Positions 62,135 through 64,000 of a stretch of DNA of 64,000 bases are shown one piece after another. The stretch is from Stegostoma tigrinum. Taxonomy: Eukaryota. The stretch is from assembly GCF_030684315.1 (NCBI RefSeq), contig NC_081374.1, positions 25,709,978-25,773,977 of the forward strand. The letters run 5' to 3'. The notes under the pieces are model-generated. The model did not search any database. It was not told the origin of the DNA and worked only from the letters and a program-made list of their open reading frames with translations. Made by a program: the position numbers and the translations under genes. Position 1 is the first letter of the stretch. Each line of letters starts with the position of its first letter.

Positions 62135-63215
62135 CAAAGTGTTGCAGAAATTCAGCAGGTCTGGCAGCATCTGTAGGGAGAAAACAACTAATGCTTTGGG
62201 TTCAGTGATCCTTTGTCAGAAATGAAAATAACTAGGTGACAGGATTTTAGTGGGGGAAGTCAATGAAGTATGCAGAGATGGTGTCCAGATTGAGAGAAAG
62301 AGAGTGAGAAAATGTTAACTAGAAGCGTAAATTGTTGAAAATGGGTTGACTGTGTTCAGATTAACCCATTCACAACAGCAGTTGGTGATAGAACCATAGA
62401 ATCAGACAGAGGCCATTTGACTATTGAGCCTGCATTAATCCTCTAAAGAGCATCCACCCATATCAGTATGGAGGGTGGCAGGGTGGAAAGAGAAGACTGG
62501 GGACCCTATTGTTGTGGGAGGTAAGGGAAGGGGTGATAGCAGAATTGCAGGTAATACGTTGAAAACAGCTAAGGGCCCTGTCAACCGCAGTGGGAAGCAA
62601 ATCCTTGTTTCAGGAAGAGATGGACATTTGTGGCACCTCCTACAAAAGGTGGGATTATTTGTACAGATGCAACAGAGACTAAGAAACTGGGAGAATGCAA
62701 TTGGAAAACTTCTAGTTACAGGAAGTAGGGTATGAGGATTTATTGCACAAGTAACTGTGGGATTTGGTGAGTTTATAATTGGTGTCAGTGGCTAGTGTAT
62801 CCCCTACAATGGAATCATAAATATTGAGGAAGTGAAGGGAGGAATCAGATGGACTAGGTGAAGGTTGGAAATTGAAAGCAAAATAAATATATTTTTCCAA
62901 TTCCAGATGAGAGAGGTAAGTAGCACTGATGATGTAATCAATATATCAGGGAAAGCATTGAATGGAAGTACCTGAGTAAGACTGGAAAGAAGAATGTTCC
63001 ACATGCCCCACAAACAGGCATAAGTTGGGCCCATTCAGTGTCCTATGACTACACCTTTGACTTTAAAATAGTGAGAGGAGTTAAAGGCAAAGATTGGACA
63101 AGGGTGAGAAAATCAAGTTAACATGGGAAGAAATAAGTTCCATGAGGCTGAAGCAACCATCTGCCTGCATGGTTTTGTTTACAGATTTTGGGAAGAAGGT
63201 AGAAGTGGGCAGAAG
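62135..63215 (-). mobile_element. Old degenerate Neptune-type PLE (RT remnant plus 3' tail), with a SINE fragment at ~62390-62460
   Basis: Minus-strand MGPTYACL.G..E, YIDY and YK.T.SHSYL remnants; tail cagcaggtctggcagcatctgt...ggttcagtgatcctttgtcag of the 13743/43305 subfamily. Confidence 0.75.
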
Positions 63216-63239
63216 TCACAATGTTAGTTCTAATAAATT

Positions 63240-64000
63240 TTCCTCATTACTTGCTGTGTTTGCATATTAACATTTTGTAATGAGTGCTTTAAGATACCTA
63301 GACCCCTCTTCACCTTGGACCTCTAGAACTTCTTACCATATAGGTAATTTTTTTTTAATCTTTCTAGCCAAATAGGACAGTCTTACATTTTTCCACATTT
63401 TTTGCTTGTCACTTAACATAGCTATATACCTTTGTAATCTGCTTTTGTCCTCTTCATAATTTACTTTCCTACCTATCTTTGTGTTGCCAGTAAATACAGC
63501 AACCATCTATCCCTTCATCCAAATCATATAAATTCCAAAAATCTGAGGCCCCAACATTGACCCATGTGGCACAGCACTCATTACAACTTGTCAACCAGAA
63601 AATTACCCACTCTCTGTTTCCTGTTAGTTAGCAAATCTTTTATTAATGCCAAGATGTTAGCCCCTTACTGCATAAGCTCTTACTTTCTGCACATTTTCCT
63701 TTAATTAATCCACATCCTTCCTCTAGTGTGGTACCCAGAACTGAACAAATTTTACATCTAATAATGTATATAAGTTCATAACTTCCTTGCTTCTTGTACT
63801 GTCCCCGTTTATGAAGCCTAAAACTCTGCATGCTTTATTAACAGCTTAGTATCCCTGTCCTGCATCTTTAAAGACTTATAAATATATTCACCAAGGTCTC
63901 TCTGCTCCCATACACCCTTTTCAGAATGGTACTTTTTAAAATATATTGTCACTGCATGTTCTTCGTACCAAAGTGCATAGCCTTTCACTTCTCCAAATTG
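63240..64000 (-). mobile_element. Old CR1 LINE RT fragments
   Basis: gaggccccaacattgacccatgtggcacagcact (RT GVP.GS.LGP region) and acatccttcctctagtgtggtacccagaactgaaca. Confidence 0.65.

Noticed and set aside
1-64000. CRISPR arrays, prokaryotic operons or rRNA genes
   Set aside because: No regularly spaced repeat-spacer units, dense ORFs or rRNA motifs; the content is vertebrate intronic DNA

Overview
Eukaryotic, repeat-rich DNA, almost certainly from a shark. This is inferred from HE1-type SINEs, HER1/CR1-type LINEs and Deu-domain SINEs; carpet shark is likely but unproven. The first ~7.5 kb is an AT-rich but CpG-retaining domain. It holds a TATA-like promoter and a candidate first coding exon (5974-6067, MLPGWRGLCTGAGATLCCLLVWIIYSHLVKE, signal-peptide-like, phase-1 GT donor). 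The remaining ~58 kb reads as one large first intron filled with mobile DNA. The most notable structure is a Penelope-like element (PLE) system. A young Neptune-type RT/GIY-YIG element sits as a tail-outward inverted twin (23148-26851, two 1513-bp arms, 15-bp TSD). About a dozen short insertions from several subfamilies consist only of PLE 3' tails. Most of these are palindromic twins with ~10-16-bp TSDs, and their arm junction usually falls at a minimal hammerhead-ribozyme core (CUGANGA..GAAACGUH). A second, Poseidon-type PLE lineage has its own well-formed hammerhead at 38092-38135. Also present are an old Gypsy LTR element, many CR1/L2/Rex1 fragments and a possible SINE+tRNA-Val composite. 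All calls were made by eye; no searches or folding were run, and boundaries of old repeats are approximate.
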